Source of the DNA: Candidatus Sericytochromatia bacterium
GTDB lineage: Bacteria; Cyanobacteriota; Sericytochromatia; S15B-MN24; UBA4093
Direction of reading: 5' to 3'
DNA: 64,000 bases
Assembly: GCA_036676495.1 (NCBI GenBank)
Contig: JAKFCT010000028.1
Location: forward strand, 1-64,000
In this document: one piece after another, positions 20,409 through 29,547 of the stretch
Layout: the number at the start of each line of letters is the position of its first letter
Position numbering within the stretch: position 1 is the stretch's first letter
Translations under genes and position numbers: made by a program
Notes under the pieces: generated by a model
The model's input: the letters and a program-made list of their open reading frames with translations, nothing else
Told to the model about the DNA's origin: nothing
Databases searched by the model: none

Positions 20409-21545
20409 TTACTTCAAGAGTTCGCGGGCGATGATCACCCGCTGAATCTGGTTGGTGCCCTCCACGATCTGGAGGATCTTGGCCTGGCGCATCAAGCGTT
20501 CGACGGGGAAGTCCTTGAGGTAGCCGTAGCCGCCGAAGATCTGGACCGCGTCGGTGGTCACGCGCATGCAGGCGTCGGTGGCGAAGCGTTTGGCGATCGC
20601 CGCCTTGCCCGTCGACGGCAGCCCCTTGTCCATCAGGTCGGCCGCCTGGTAGACCAATAGCCGGGAGGCCTCGATATCGGCCGCCATGTCCGCCAGCATG
20701 AACTGGATTCCCTGGAACTGACCGATCGACTTGCCGAACTGCTCGCGCTCCTTGGCGTAGGCGATCGCGTGATCGAGTGCCGCCTGTGCGACGCCGACCG
20801 CCGAGGCCCCGACCGAGATCCGTCCGCCGTCGAGGGCCGTCATGGCCACCTTGAAGCCGATGCCTTCCTCGCCGCCCAGCAAGTTCTCCCGCGGGACCCG
20901 GCAGTCCTCGAAGATCAGCTCCATGGTGGGGGAGGCGCCGAGGCCCATCTTTTGCTCTTTCTTGCCGAAGTGAAAGCCGCGCGTCCCCTTCGGGATCATC
21001 AAGGTGCTGATGCCACCGGGGCCCGGACCGCCGGTCCGAACCATGACGGCGTAGAGATCCGCCTCGCCGCCGCTGGTCACGAAGACCTTGTTGCCGTTGA
21101 CGACGTAGTCCTCGCCGTCCAGCTCGGCCCGGGTGATGAGCGCGGCGGCGTCGGTCCCCGCGCCCGGCTCGGTCAGCGAAAAGGCCGCGAGTTGCTCTCC
21201 CGAAGCCAGGCCGGGCAGCCAGCGCTTCTGCTGCTCGGGGAGGCCGAAGCGGTGGATGAGGGTCTGGACCATGAGGTGCACGGCCAGGGCAGCCCCCGAG
21301 CCGGCGCAGCCCTTGGAGATGCCCTCGGCCACCATGGCGGCGGTGAGGCGGGTAGCGCCCGCCCCGCCGAACTCCGTGGGGGTGAGGAGGCCCGTCAGGC
21401 CCAGGCGGGCCATCTCGCGGAAGTTGTCCCAGCTGAACTCGCCGCGCTCTTCGAGCTCGGCCGCATGGGGCGCGAGCGTGCGCCGGGAGAAGTCGTCCAC
21501 CATGTCGCGGATGAAGGTCTGCTCCGGAGTGAGCGTGAATTCCAT
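20409..21545 (-). CDS. Acyl-CoA dehydrogenase
   Basis: FSLTEPGAGTDA, NGNKVFVT, LDGGRI, EREQFGK, QIFGGYGY, QIVEGTNQIQR. Confidence 0.95.
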   Translation of the reverse strand: MEFTLTPEQTFIRDMVDDFSRRTLAPHAAELEERGEFSWDNFREMARLGLTGLLTPTEFGGAGATRLTAAMVAEGISKGCAGSGAALAVHLMVQTLIHRFGLPEQQKRWLPGLASGEQLAAFSLTEPGAGTDAAALITRAELDGEDYVVNGNKVFVTSGGEADLYAVMVRTGGPGPGGISTLMIPKGTRGFHFGKKEQKMGLGASPTMELIFEDCRVPRENLLGGEEGIGFKVAMTALDGGRISVGASAVGVAQAALDHAIAYAKEREQFGKSIGQFQGIQFMLADMAADIEASRLLVYQAADLMDKGLPSTGKAAIAKRFATDACMRVTTDAVQIFGGYGYLKDFPVERLMRQAKILQIVEGTNQIQRVIIARELLK

Positions 21546-21557
21546 GGCGGCCTCCGG

Positions 21558-22760
21558 CTAGACGCGGACGACGGCGCAGTCGCCCTGGCCGAGGCCTCCG
21601 CAGATGGAGGCGGCTCCGTGGCCTCCCCCCCGGCGGGCGAGCTCGTAGATGAGGGTCATCAGGATGCGGGCTCCCGAGGCGCCGACCGGATGGCCGATGG
21701 CGATCGCCCCGCCGTTGACGTTGGTCCGCTCCCGCAGCGCTTCGACCTTGGCCGCGTCTCCGTCGCCCAGCAGCTGGGTCGAGACCAGGGGCATGGCCGC
21801 GAAGGCCTCGTTGATCTCGAGCAGATCCAGGTCGTCCACCGAAAGGCCCAGCTTCCGCGTGGCTTTCTCGATGGCCTTGGCGGGGATGGTCACGATGTCG
21901 CGCGGATCTCCCGCCACCGAGGCGCAGGAGAGCACGGTGGCCAGGATGGTGAAGCCGTGCTTCTCGGCGAATTCCCGGCTCATCAGGAGGATGGCCGTGG
22001 CCCCGGCGTCGAGGCCCGGCGCGTTGCCCGCCGTCACCGTGGGGCTTCCGTAAACCGTGGGAAGGGAAGCCAGGCGCTCCATGGTGGTCTCGGGCTTGGG
22101 GAACTCATCCTCCGAGACGGTCACGTCACCCTTCCGGGAGGCGATGGTCAAGGGAGCGACCTCAGCGGCGACCTTGCCAGCCTTCAGGGCCTCCTGGTAG
22201 CGCATCTGGCTGCGGTAGGCCCAGCGGTCCAGGTCTTCCCGGCCGATGCCGTGCGAGAGGGCGATGTTGCCGGTGTCCACCGAGACCGGCGCATGGTCGG
22301 GATACTTCATTTGCAAGGGCTCGTCCAGGGTGACGTGGCCCATGCGCGCTCCCCAGCGCAGCTGCGGCATGACGTGGGGGACCCGGCTCAGGTTCTCGGC
22401 TCCCACGGCGATCGCGACGTCGGCCTCTCCCAGCGTGATGGAGCGCCACGCCATCTGAACGGCGGTGAGCGAGGAGCAGCAGGCCCGGTCGAGGGTCATC
22501 GAGACGGTCGTTTCGGGAAGGCCGGCCGCCAAGAGGGCCTGGCGAGCCACCACGGGCGCGAGCACTCCGGTCTCGGCCGGCACGCAGGTGCCCATGTAGA
22601 CCTCGTCCACTTGATCCGGCGCGCACTTGGCGCGTTCGAGCGCCTCCCGGATCACGTGGGAGGCGAGCTGCACTCCCGGCACGTCCTTCAGGGCCCCCCC
22701 GAACTTGCCGAAGGGGGTGCGCACGGCGCTAACGACTACGACGTCTCGATTTCCGCTCAC
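21558..22760 (-). CDS. Thiolase (acetyl-CoA acyltransferase)
   Basis: RTPFG, catalytic ACCSS, EINEAF, NVNGGAIAIGHPVGASG, ICGGLGQG. Confidence 0.95.
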   Translation of the reverse strand: MSGNRDVVVVSAVRTPFGKFGGALKDVPGVQLASHVIREALERAKCAPDQVDEVYMGTCVPAETGVLAPVVARQALLAAGLPETTVSMTLDRACCSSLTAVQMAWRSITLGEADVAIAVGAENLSRVPHVMPQLRWGARMGHVTLDEPLQMKYPDHAPVSVDTGNIALSHGIGREDLDRWAYRSQMRYQEALKAGKVAAEVAPLTIASRKGDVTVSEDEFPKPETTMERLASLPTVYGSPTVTAGNAPGLDAGATAILLMSREFAEKHGFTILATVLSCASVAGDPRDIVTIPAKAIEKATRKLGLSVDDLDLLEINEAFAAMPLVSTQLLGDGDAAKVEALRERTNVNGGAIAIGHPVGASGARILMTLIYELARRGGGHGAASICGGLGQGDCAVVRV

Positions 22761-22969
22761 GGTGGGGTCCTTTCGTCATTGAAGAGGGGACGATCCGGTC
22801 ACTCTTATTCTACCCCGTCAGAGGATGGGGGGGTTTCCGCCTCAAAAGCCCGTCCTGACTCGATCATTAAACGAATGATAACCTCGGATTAAATCCTCCT
22901 TGGTGGAGGAACTTCCGGGAGTTCGCTAGACTGCATAGATACCCCTTGCACCCGCCCCGGAGGGCCGCC

Positions 22970-23560
22970 ATGACTGCCGTTACGCCATCCATCCAGACTC
23001 TTGCCGGCCTCAGCCCGGTCATGCTCGCGGGCGACGTGCTCTTCGCCGAGCAGATGGGTCAGGCCCTGAGTGACGGCGAGCGCAGGCTGCTTTTCGATGC
23101 CTTCGAGGCGAACCTGGCCCATCTGACTCCGTACCTGAATCGGCCCACCACCCACGTCTTCATGCCGCTCGGCGCCCCCGAGGACGGCCATCACGTAGCC
23201 TTCCAGGGCCCCTTCGGCCTCGACGACCTCAAACCGTTCTTCTGCTGCACGCCGAACGCCCTCACGGTCGTCGACGGTCGCCCCTACGGCTTCCTGCGCT
23301 TCCGCCTGATCCGCCTCGAAGGCGAGCAACTCACGCGCGTGGCCGATATCGAGGTCTCGCTCGCCCACGACGCGCCGTCGGTCGGCTTCGAGCTGGTCTG
23401 GTCCCCCTCGGAGCTCGAACCTTTGCGGGTGATTCGCTTCGTGCAGCGCAAGGGCGAAGAGGCCGTCCAGCAGGTTTCCCGCCTGATCGCCGAGTGGGGA
23501 GCCAAGTTCCACCTCATCAAGACCTACCCCGAACTCCAGCGCATGCCGGCCCTTTACTAA
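22970..23560 (+). CDS. Hypothetical protein
   Basis: GGAGGG RBS, GC3-rich codons, no recognisable motif. Confidence 0.65.
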   Translation: MTAVTPSIQTLAGLSPVMLAGDVLFAEQMGQALSDGERRLLFDAFEANLAHLTPYLNRPTTHVFMPLGAPEDGHHVAFQGPFGLDDLKPFFCCTPNALTVVDGRPYGFLRFRLIRLEGEQLTRVADIEVSLAHDAPSVGFELVWSPSELEPLRVIRFVQRKGEEAVQQVSRLIAEWGAKFHLIKTYPELQRMPALY

Positions 23561-23729
23561 CCGGTCGTTGCTTCAGGTCAGCTTCGCTGCCTTGCGCAAC
23601 AGCCGCGGGCGCTTCCCGGTCGTTGCTTCAGGTCAGCTTCGCTGCCTTGCGCAACAGCCGCGGGCGCTTCCCGGTCGTTGCTTCAGGTCAGCTTCGCTTT
23701 CCCAACCCAAGCCGCAGGCGCTCCGCAAC
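23561..23729. repeat. Tandem array of the dispersed repeat: two identical 55-bp units plus one variant
   Basis: CCGGTCGTTGCTTCAGGTCAGCTTCGCTGCCTTGCGCAACAGCCGCGGGCGCTTC at 23561-23615 and 23616-23670; third unit 23671-23729 has a different loop. Confidence 0.95.
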
Positions 23730-23795
23730 AAATCGATAGGGGATCATGGGCGCCGCCCTTTCCTCGCGATCCGCGTGATCCGCTAGAATCAGCCC

Positions 23796-24755
23796 ATGCC
23801 CTCTTCGACCAGCTCCCCCCGAAACCTGATTCCCCTGCTCTTGGCCCTGCTCACGGTCTACGTGGTCTGGGGATCCACGTACCTGGCCATCCGGGTCGCC
23901 GTGCTCGGGATGCCTCCCTTCCTCATGGCAGGGCTGCGCTTCCTGACGGCCAGCATTCTGCTGATCGGAATTGGCGCCATGTTACGCCATCCCTGGCCTA
24001 GCCGCCGGGAGATGGCCTGGGCGGGCCTGGTAGGCCTGTTCTTGCTGTTGGGGGGGAACGGACTGGTCGTCTGGGCCGAGCAATTCATCCCCTCGAGCCT
24101 CGCAGCCCTGCTCATCGCCTCGATGCCGCTCTTCAGCCTGGCCTTCGAGGCCGCAATCCCCACGGGAGAGCGTCCCACCCCCCTCGGCCTGGCCGGCATC
24201 GCGCTCGGCTTCCTGGGGGTCGTGACCCTTTTCTGGCCCACGCTCCAAGCCGGAGACACCAGCAGCCTCTGGGCGCAAGTCATGGTGCTCGCCGGCACGA
24301 TGACCTGGGCCCTGGGCACCATGATCGCCCGGCGCGTGGCCCTGCCCCGCTCGGGAGTCTACAACTCGGGCTTCACCATGCTCGCGGCCGGGTTCGCCTT
24401 CCTCCTCGTCTCGCTCGGCTTCGGCGAGCCCTTCCGCGTGCAATGGGCGGCGATTCCAATGGACGCATGGGCGGCCTTGGCCTACCTGGTCATCTTCGGC
24501 TCGTGCATCGCCTTCTCGGCCTTCGCCTGGCTCAACCGCAATGCCCCGGCCGACCTGACCTCCACGTATGCCTACGTCAACCCCGTCATCGCCGTCATCC
24601 TGGGCTTCTTCCTGCTTCAGGAGCCCGTGACCGCCTGGACGCTCGCCGGCTCGGCGCTCATCGTCCTCTCGGTGGGCCTGGTGATTCGGGGTGGGAAGCG
24701 GCGGGCGCCTCGATACACCGCTCCTCCTCATCCGGACCATAGCCTCCCGGCATGA
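23796..24755 (+). CDS. EamA/DMT family transporter (YedA-like)
   Basis: VYVVWGSTYLAIR, GGNGLV, YLVIFGS, YAYVNPVIAVILG; about 10 TM segments. Confidence 0.9.
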   Translation: MPSSTSSPRNLIPLLLALLTVYVVWGSTYLAIRVAVLGMPPFLMAGLRFLTASILLIGIGAMLRHPWPSRREMAWAGLVGLFLLLGGNGLVVWAEQFIPSSLAALLIASMPLFSLAFEAAIPTGERPTPLGLAGIALGFLGVVTLFWPTLQAGDTSSLWAQVMVLAGTMTWALGTMIARRVALPRSGVYNSGFTMLAAGFAFLLVSLGFGEPFRVQWAAIPMDAWAALAYLVIFGSCIAFSAFAWLNRNAPADLTSTYAYVNPVIAVILGFFLLQEPVTAWTLAGSALIVLSVGLVIRGGKRRAPRYTAPPHPDHSLPA

Positions 24756-26163
24756 GCGTCACCCGGGCCTGCATGCTCCGCTCGAGCATGACCTCCCGGA
24801 TCTGCTCGGCCGGATAGGTCCAGATCTCGGCCAGGGTCGGATGGATATGGGGAATCCTCACGAACTGCTCGATGGTTCCCCGCAGGCTGATCACCGCGAC
24901 CAGCTCATGAATCAGATCCGAGGCCTCCGGCCCGACGGCCTGGGCGCCGAGAATCTCCCCGGTGAACGCGTCGGCGATCAGTTTCACGAAGCCGGATAGG
25001 GCGGTTCCGCCCATCACCTCGGCCTTGCCGAGCTCCACGAAGGGATACGTGGCCACGAGCACCTCGCGCCCCTGCAACGCGCATTCCTTTTCGGTAGGGC
25101 CCACCCGGGCGACGTTGGGATCGGTGAAGACGGCGCTCGGGACCACCCGGTAGTCCATGACGGTCCGGGCATGCTCCAGCGCATTGCGGGCGGCCAGTTC
25201 CCCCTCGGCGATCGCCAGGTGCACCAGAAACGAGCCGCCCCAGGCGTCCCCCGCCGCATAGATCCGGGGATTGCTCGTCTGCATGTACTCGTTGATCCGG
25301 ATCCGCCGCCCCTCCATGGCCACCTGGGCCGCCTGCAAGTCCAGCCCCTGAACGTTGGGCCCACGCCCGGTGGCGACGAAGATCTCCTGCGCGGCGAGCT
25401 CCCGTTCGACTCCGTCGCGCGCCACGACCAGGATCTTCTTGCCGTCTCGCCGTTCGGCCCGGCGGACGTCGGCGCCCGTGACGATCCGGATGCCCTCGCG
25501 CTCCAGCGCCGCCTCGAGCGCCTCGGAGACGTCGAGATCCTCCTGGGGAAGCACCTGTGGAGCCGCCTCGATCAGGGTCACGTCCACCCCCATGCGGGCA
25601 TAGAATTGCCCCAGCTCCACGGCGATGACCCCGCCGCCGAGCACCAGCATCGAGCGCGGTGGGACCGTGAGGCCCAGGGCCTCGTCGCTGAGGAGGTAGC
25701 CGGTATCCTCCAGGCCCGGAATGGGGGGGACCCGCGGGACGGACCCCGTCGCGATCACGACCTGGTTCCCGGTGAGATGGCGATCGCCCACGGCGATCCG
25801 ATCCGGCCCCAGAAAGCGCGCATGCCCCATGATGAGCTCGGTCCTGGGCAACTCGCGGATCTGCTGGATGCGGTAGTCCGCAAAACCCTTGATCAGCTGA
25901 TCTTTTCGCGCCATGACAGCCTGAAAATCGACCGTGACGTCGCCCGTGGTCACCCCCCACTGGCGCGCGACGGAAACCACGTGCGCGATCTCGGCCGATC
26001 GCAAGAGCGCCTTCGAGGGCATGCACCCCCAGAGGATGCAGAGGCCGCCGAGCGGTCCCTTGTCGACCAATGCGACCCTCGCTCCCAGGCTCGAGGCCGT
26101 CCTGGCCGCCGCAAACCCCGCGCTCCCGGCCCCGATAACCACCACGTCGAAGTGATCGGCCAT
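24658..26163 (-). CDS. Class I pyridine nucleotide-disulfide oxidoreductase (LpdA/MerA-like, no MerA C-terminal Cys-Cys)
   Basis: VIGAGSAG, GGLCILWGCMPSK, IATGS, IYAAGD, HIHPTLAE. Confidence 0.9.
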   Translation of the reverse strand: MADHFDVVVIGAGSAGFAAARTASSLGARVALVDKGPLGGLCILWGCMPSKALLRSAEIAHVVSVARQWGVTTGDVTVDFQAVMARKDQLIKGFADYRIQQIRELPRTELIMGHARFLGPDRIAVGDRHLTGNQVVIATGSVPRVPPIPGLEDTGYLLSDEALGLTVPPRSMLVLGGGVIAVELGQFYARMGVDVTLIEAAPQVLPQEDLDVSEALEAALEREGIRIVTGADVRRAERRDGKKILVVARDGVERELAAQEIFVATGRGPNVQGLDLQAAQVAMEGRRIRINEYMQTSNPRIYAAGDAWGGSFLVHLAIAEGELAARNALEHARTVMDYRVVPSAVFTDPNVARVGPTEKECALQGREVLVATYPFVELGKAEVMGGTALSGFVKLIADAFTGEILGAQAVGPEASDLIHELVAVISLRGTIEQFVRIPHIHPTLAEIWTYPAEQIREVMLERSMQARVTLMPGGYGPDEEERCIEAPAASHPESPGPPRGR

Positions 26164-26205
26164 CTCTCCCCTCCCCGGGAGTCTCTCCCCGCCATCCCCC
26201 CGTCC

Positions 26206-26265
26206 GAGGTCGACGCGACCCAGGTCGACGCGACCCAGGCCGACGCGACCGAGGCCGACGACCGC
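26206..26265. repeat. 15-bp tandem repeat x4
   Basis: (G/C)AGG(T/C)CGACGCGACC units upstream of the flavoprotein gene. Confidence 0.85.
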
Positions 26266-26385
26266 GGCTCGGACGATGTCCGGCGAGAGACGCCCTTGCA
26301 CCGGCATCGATGCTAATGCAGACGGGAGCGTTCGACAACGAACGCGTGTCGGGTACGGGCGATGCGCCCCGCGCTCACGGCGCGA

Positions 26386-26787
26386 TCAAGGGGGGAGGCA
26401 ACCTCGCGCCGGATCGGCGCATTCGGGCGGCGCTCCCCAGCGCGCGAACAAGTGGCGATTCCGCGCGAACCAGGCGTAGCACGGGCCCGCCAGCTGCTTG
26501 AACGGGGGCAGGCGCGACCAGGCGGCGATGCTCGACCAGGGAGCGCCGAGCTCTTCCAGCGTTCGAAAAATCGCTTCGGCGCCTGACCAGGCGTTTCCCG
26601 CCGCGTCGAACGCCCAGACCTCCTTGGCCACCTGCTCCGGAGTCAGACCGTAACGGTCGAGAAGGCCCGGCAACTGGCTCGGCAAGGCCGAGATACGGCC
26701 TTGCCGGTCCTGTGCGCGGACCCAAAGGACCATGCGGGTGCAGATCCCGCAGTAACCATCGAAGATCAGGATCACGCGCGCGTCCAA
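26386..26787 (-). CDS. DCC-family (DUF393) thiol-disulfide oxidoreductase
   Basis: LIFDGYCGIC...Y.WFARNRH; TTG start after GGAGG. Confidence 0.85.
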   Translation of the reverse strand: MDARVILIFDGYCGICTRMVLWVRAQDRQGRISALPSQLPGLLDRYGLTPEQVAKEVWAFDAAGNAWSGAEAIFRTLEELGAPWSSIAAWSRLPPFKQLAGPCYAWFARNRHLFARWGAPPECADPARGCLPP

Positions 26788-26800
26788 ACCGCCTCCCGGG

Positions 26801-27334
26801 TTACCGCTTCAGCCGCGTGATGGTGCCGCAGGCGATCCGCGCACCGGAATTGCCGGCGGGATCGCTCACGTAGTCATCCGGGCCGGCGTGGATCATCAGC
26901 GAGGTTCCGCCGGGCTTGAACAGGGAATTGGGCCCTTCCCCCAGGGTGACGCCCGTGGCCAGGGTCGAGACGTCGACCTTTCCGTTCTCGGGGACCGTCA
27001 AGTTCGGCAAGTCTCCGGCATGGGGGCCGTTGGGGTTCTTGAAGCCGTGGGACTTGCCTCCCGGGTTGAAGTGGCCGCCGGCCGACGTGAAGCCCGGAGC
27101 GTGGCACTCCGCGCGATCATGGATGTGGAAGCCATGCACGCCGGGCGGCAGGTTCGAGGCCTTCATGGCAATCAGCACGCCATCCGGCAACTGGGTGAAG
27201 GTCGCCTTGCCCAGCACGGTACCCTGGTCGTCCGTGAGTTCCGCCTCGGCTCCGGGAGGGACCGCATGCCCTTCGACGACACCCGATGCACCGAGGACCA
27301 GCACTGCTCCGAGGACTAAGGCCGCACGTACCAT
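26801..27334 (-). CDS. sodC: Periplasmic Cu/Zn superoxide dismutase
   Basis: HGFHIH, SAGGHFNP, HAGDLPNL, MIHAGPDD, GARIACG; signal peptide. Confidence 0.93.
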   Translation of the reverse strand: MVRAALVLGAVLVLGASGVVEGHAVPPGAEAELTDDQGTVLGKATFTQLPDGVLIAMKASNLPPGVHGFHIHDRAECHAPGFTSAGGHFNPGGKSHGFKNPNGPHAGDLPNLTVPENGKVDVSTLATGVTLGEGPNSLFKPGGTSLMIHAGPDDYVSDPAGNSGARIACGTITRLKR

Positions 27335-27459
27335 GGATGCCTCCTTTCGCCGACCCTCGTCGGACTGCCGAACGATCGTAAGCTCGATGGCAGATTTGAG
27401 CAAGCGACGAGCGATGGTTGTCCGTCCGATCGCCCGGCCCCCCGTGGTAGCATGGGCGC

Positions 27460-29043
27460 ATGAGACTCAGGCTCGGAACCCGCATCGGGATCGGCTACGG
27501 GGTGGTGATCGGCGCCCTGCTCATGGTCCTTGCGATCGCCCTCCTCGCCTTCGAGACGGCTCGCCACGAGACCGTCCAGATTCGCGATCGCTTGAGCCCG
27601 AGCATCGAAGCCACCAACAACCTCATCCTCTCGCTCGAACGGATGGAGAACACCGAGTTCCTCTATTTCTTGCCGGGCTTAGACCTGAACCGCTTGCTCA
27701 AGCGTTACGACGACGCCGAAAAAGAGTTCCGGCGCTGGTTCGTCGAGATCGAGGTCCATGCCGAGAGCCCGCAGGGCCGTGAGCTGGTGGCCCAGATCGG
27801 GCACGACTTCGGGGCCTTCCGGCAAACCGACCAGCGCATGCGCGAGCTCATCCGGGCCGGCCGGACCGCGGAAGCCCGGGACCTGAACGCCGGCGAGTCC
27901 CTGACCCTCGCCAACAGCCTCCGGGACTCCGCGCGGGCCTTCCGGGACCTGAATCTTCAAGCCGTAAAAGCGGGGCAAGCGCGGGAAATCGCCGTCATGA
28001 GAGTGGCCGAGGGCCTCGCCGTCCTCGTCTCCATCCTCGCCGTCCTCCTGGCGGGAAGCTTCTGGTGGCGGACGTCACGCACCATCGTCTCCCCCTTGAT
28101 CGCCCTCCAGCATGCCACCACCCGGATCGCCGAAGGGCAGTTCGTCACCTCCCGGCATGCGCAGAGCGGACGCACGCTCGAGATCGCGGCGCTGGAAGCC
28201 AATTTCAACCACATGTCCCAGCGACTCCAAACCGGGGCACAGCAGTTGCTTGACGCCAACACCACCCTGGAAACCCAGGTGGCCGAACGGACGCAGGCCT
28301 TGAGAAACGCCAACGAGGTGCTCCAAGCGTCCCTCGAAGAGCTTCGCACGCTCGACAAGCTCAAGTCCGACTTCATGGCCGTGATGAGCCACGAGTTGCT
28401 GACCCCGATCAACTTCATCACGGGCTTCGGCTCCGCGCTGGAGGACGGGGTGATGGGGCCGTTGACTCCGGAGCAGGAGCGGGCAGTTCACCGCATGATG
28501 GAGGGCGCGCAGCGGCTGACTCGCATGGTGCGCAACGTGCTGGACTACACCAAGCTCGAATCGGGTGAGCTGACGATCATAGCGACGCGCGTCGACTACG
28601 CGGAGCTCTTACGCAACGTGGCTTCGGCCTTCAAGCCCCAGATCGATGCCAGCCACCAGCAATTCGAATTGAAGGTGACGGCTCCGCTTCCGCTCGTCTG
28701 GGCGGATCCGGACCGTCTGGTTCAGGTCCTCACGGAACTGCTCGACAACGCGGTGAAGTTCACGGCGGGGGGAGGGCGGATCCGGCTCTCGGCGTGGAGC
28801 GAGGCGGACATGGTCGTGACCGAGGTCTCCGACACCGGGATCGGCATCTCTCAGGAAGCGCTGCCCAATCTCTTCAAGGCTTTCAGCCAGGGAGACTCCA
28901 CATCGACGCGCGCCTACGGCGGGATGGGGCTGGGCCTGGCCATCGCCGAGGGCCTGATCACTCAAATGGGGGGCACGCTCAGCGTGCAATCCGGATTGGC
29001 GCAAGGCTCGAGCTTTCGCTTCACCCTGCCGCGGGCTCGGTGA
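27460..29043 (+). CDS. Membrane sensor histidine kinase (4-helix sensor, HAMP, HisKA, HATPase)
   Basis: Two TM segments, SHELLTP, NAVKFT, DTGIGI, GMGLGLAI. Confidence 0.92.
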   Translation: MRLRLGTRIGIGYGVVIGALLMVLAIALLAFETARHETVQIRDRLSPSIEATNNLILSLERMENTEFLYFLPGLDLNRLLKRYDDAEKEFRRWFVEIEVHAESPQGRELVAQIGHDFGAFRQTDQRMRELIRAGRTAEARDLNAGESLTLANSLRDSARAFRDLNLQAVKAGQAREIAVMRVAEGLAVLVSILAVLLAGSFWWRTSRTIVSPLIALQHATTRIAEGQFVTSRHAQSGRTLEIAALEANFNHMSQRLQTGAQQLLDANTTLETQVAERTQALRNANEVLQASLEELRTLDKLKSDFMAVMSHELLTPINFITGFGSALEDGVMGPLTPEQERAVHRMMEGAQRLTRMVRNVLDYTKLESGELTIIATRVDYAELLRNVASAFKPQIDASHQQFELKVTAPLPLVWADPDRLVQVLTELLDNAVKFTAGGGRIRLSAWSEADMVVTEVSDTGIGISQEALPNLFKAFSQGDSTSTRAYGGMGLGLAIAEGLITQMGGTLSVQSGLAQGSSFRFTLPRAR

Positions 29044-29076
29044 AGCGCAGCTCCGGGATTCGGAGGCCGCCGGGGC

Positions 29077-29310
29077 TCAGGCCCAGCGGACCCGCTGCGA
29101 ATCGCTCGCGTTGACTTGCGCGTAAAGCTGAAGGAAGGCCAAGGTCAGCGCTTCCCGCGACACGACGTTCATGCCGATGAGAATCTCTCCCAGCGGCGCG
29201 CCTGGCTTTTCCCGCTGGATGGCCATGGCCCGATCCAGATCCGCCGGATCGATCTGCTGGTTGGAGAGGAGTCGCTGACCCAAGAGGTGATCGAAGCTCG
29301 TCCGTGACAT
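29077..29310 (-). CDS. Stand-alone MshEN-like (c-di-GMP-binding fold) small protein
   Basis: LLGQRLLSNQQIDPADLDRAMAIQ-REKPGA-PLGEILIGMNVVSREALTLAFLQ; AGGAGG RBS. Confidence 0.65.
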   Translation of the reverse strand: MSRTSFDHLLGQRLLSNQQIDPADLDRAMAIQREKPGAPLGEILIGMNVVSREALTLAFLQLYAQVNASDSQRVRWA

Positions 29311-29383
29311 GCCGGTGGTCCTCCTGCCGCATTCCCGCCGCGCGGGAAGGCTCCGTCCATGGAGCGCTTGGCTTCTACCTTCT

Positions 29384-29410
29384 CCATCGGCAAAGGGCCC
29401 CACGACTTGA
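29384..29410 (-). promoter_or_regulatory. sigma28 (FliA)-type promoter
   Basis: Minus strand TCAAG-N14-GCCGATGG, 74 bp upstream of the MshEN-like ATG. Confidence 0.65.
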
Positions 29411-29547
29411 GGCGTACCCGTCGACGCTCACGCAAGCCTCACCGTGATGACGGGCGCACGGAAGGCCTGGCGTCGATGGAGGCGAGAAGGCGGGAGGAGA
29501 TGCGGTCATGCCCACACGGCGGGCTCGGAGCCATGCGCGTGACGAGA

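Noticed and set aside
23561-23729. Possible CRISPR array
   Set aside because: Units are head-to-tail with no unique spacers, only three copies, and no cas genes in the window.
24658-26163. Mercury resistance (merA)
   Set aside because: No C-terminal Cys-Cys, no NmerA domain and no mer operon.
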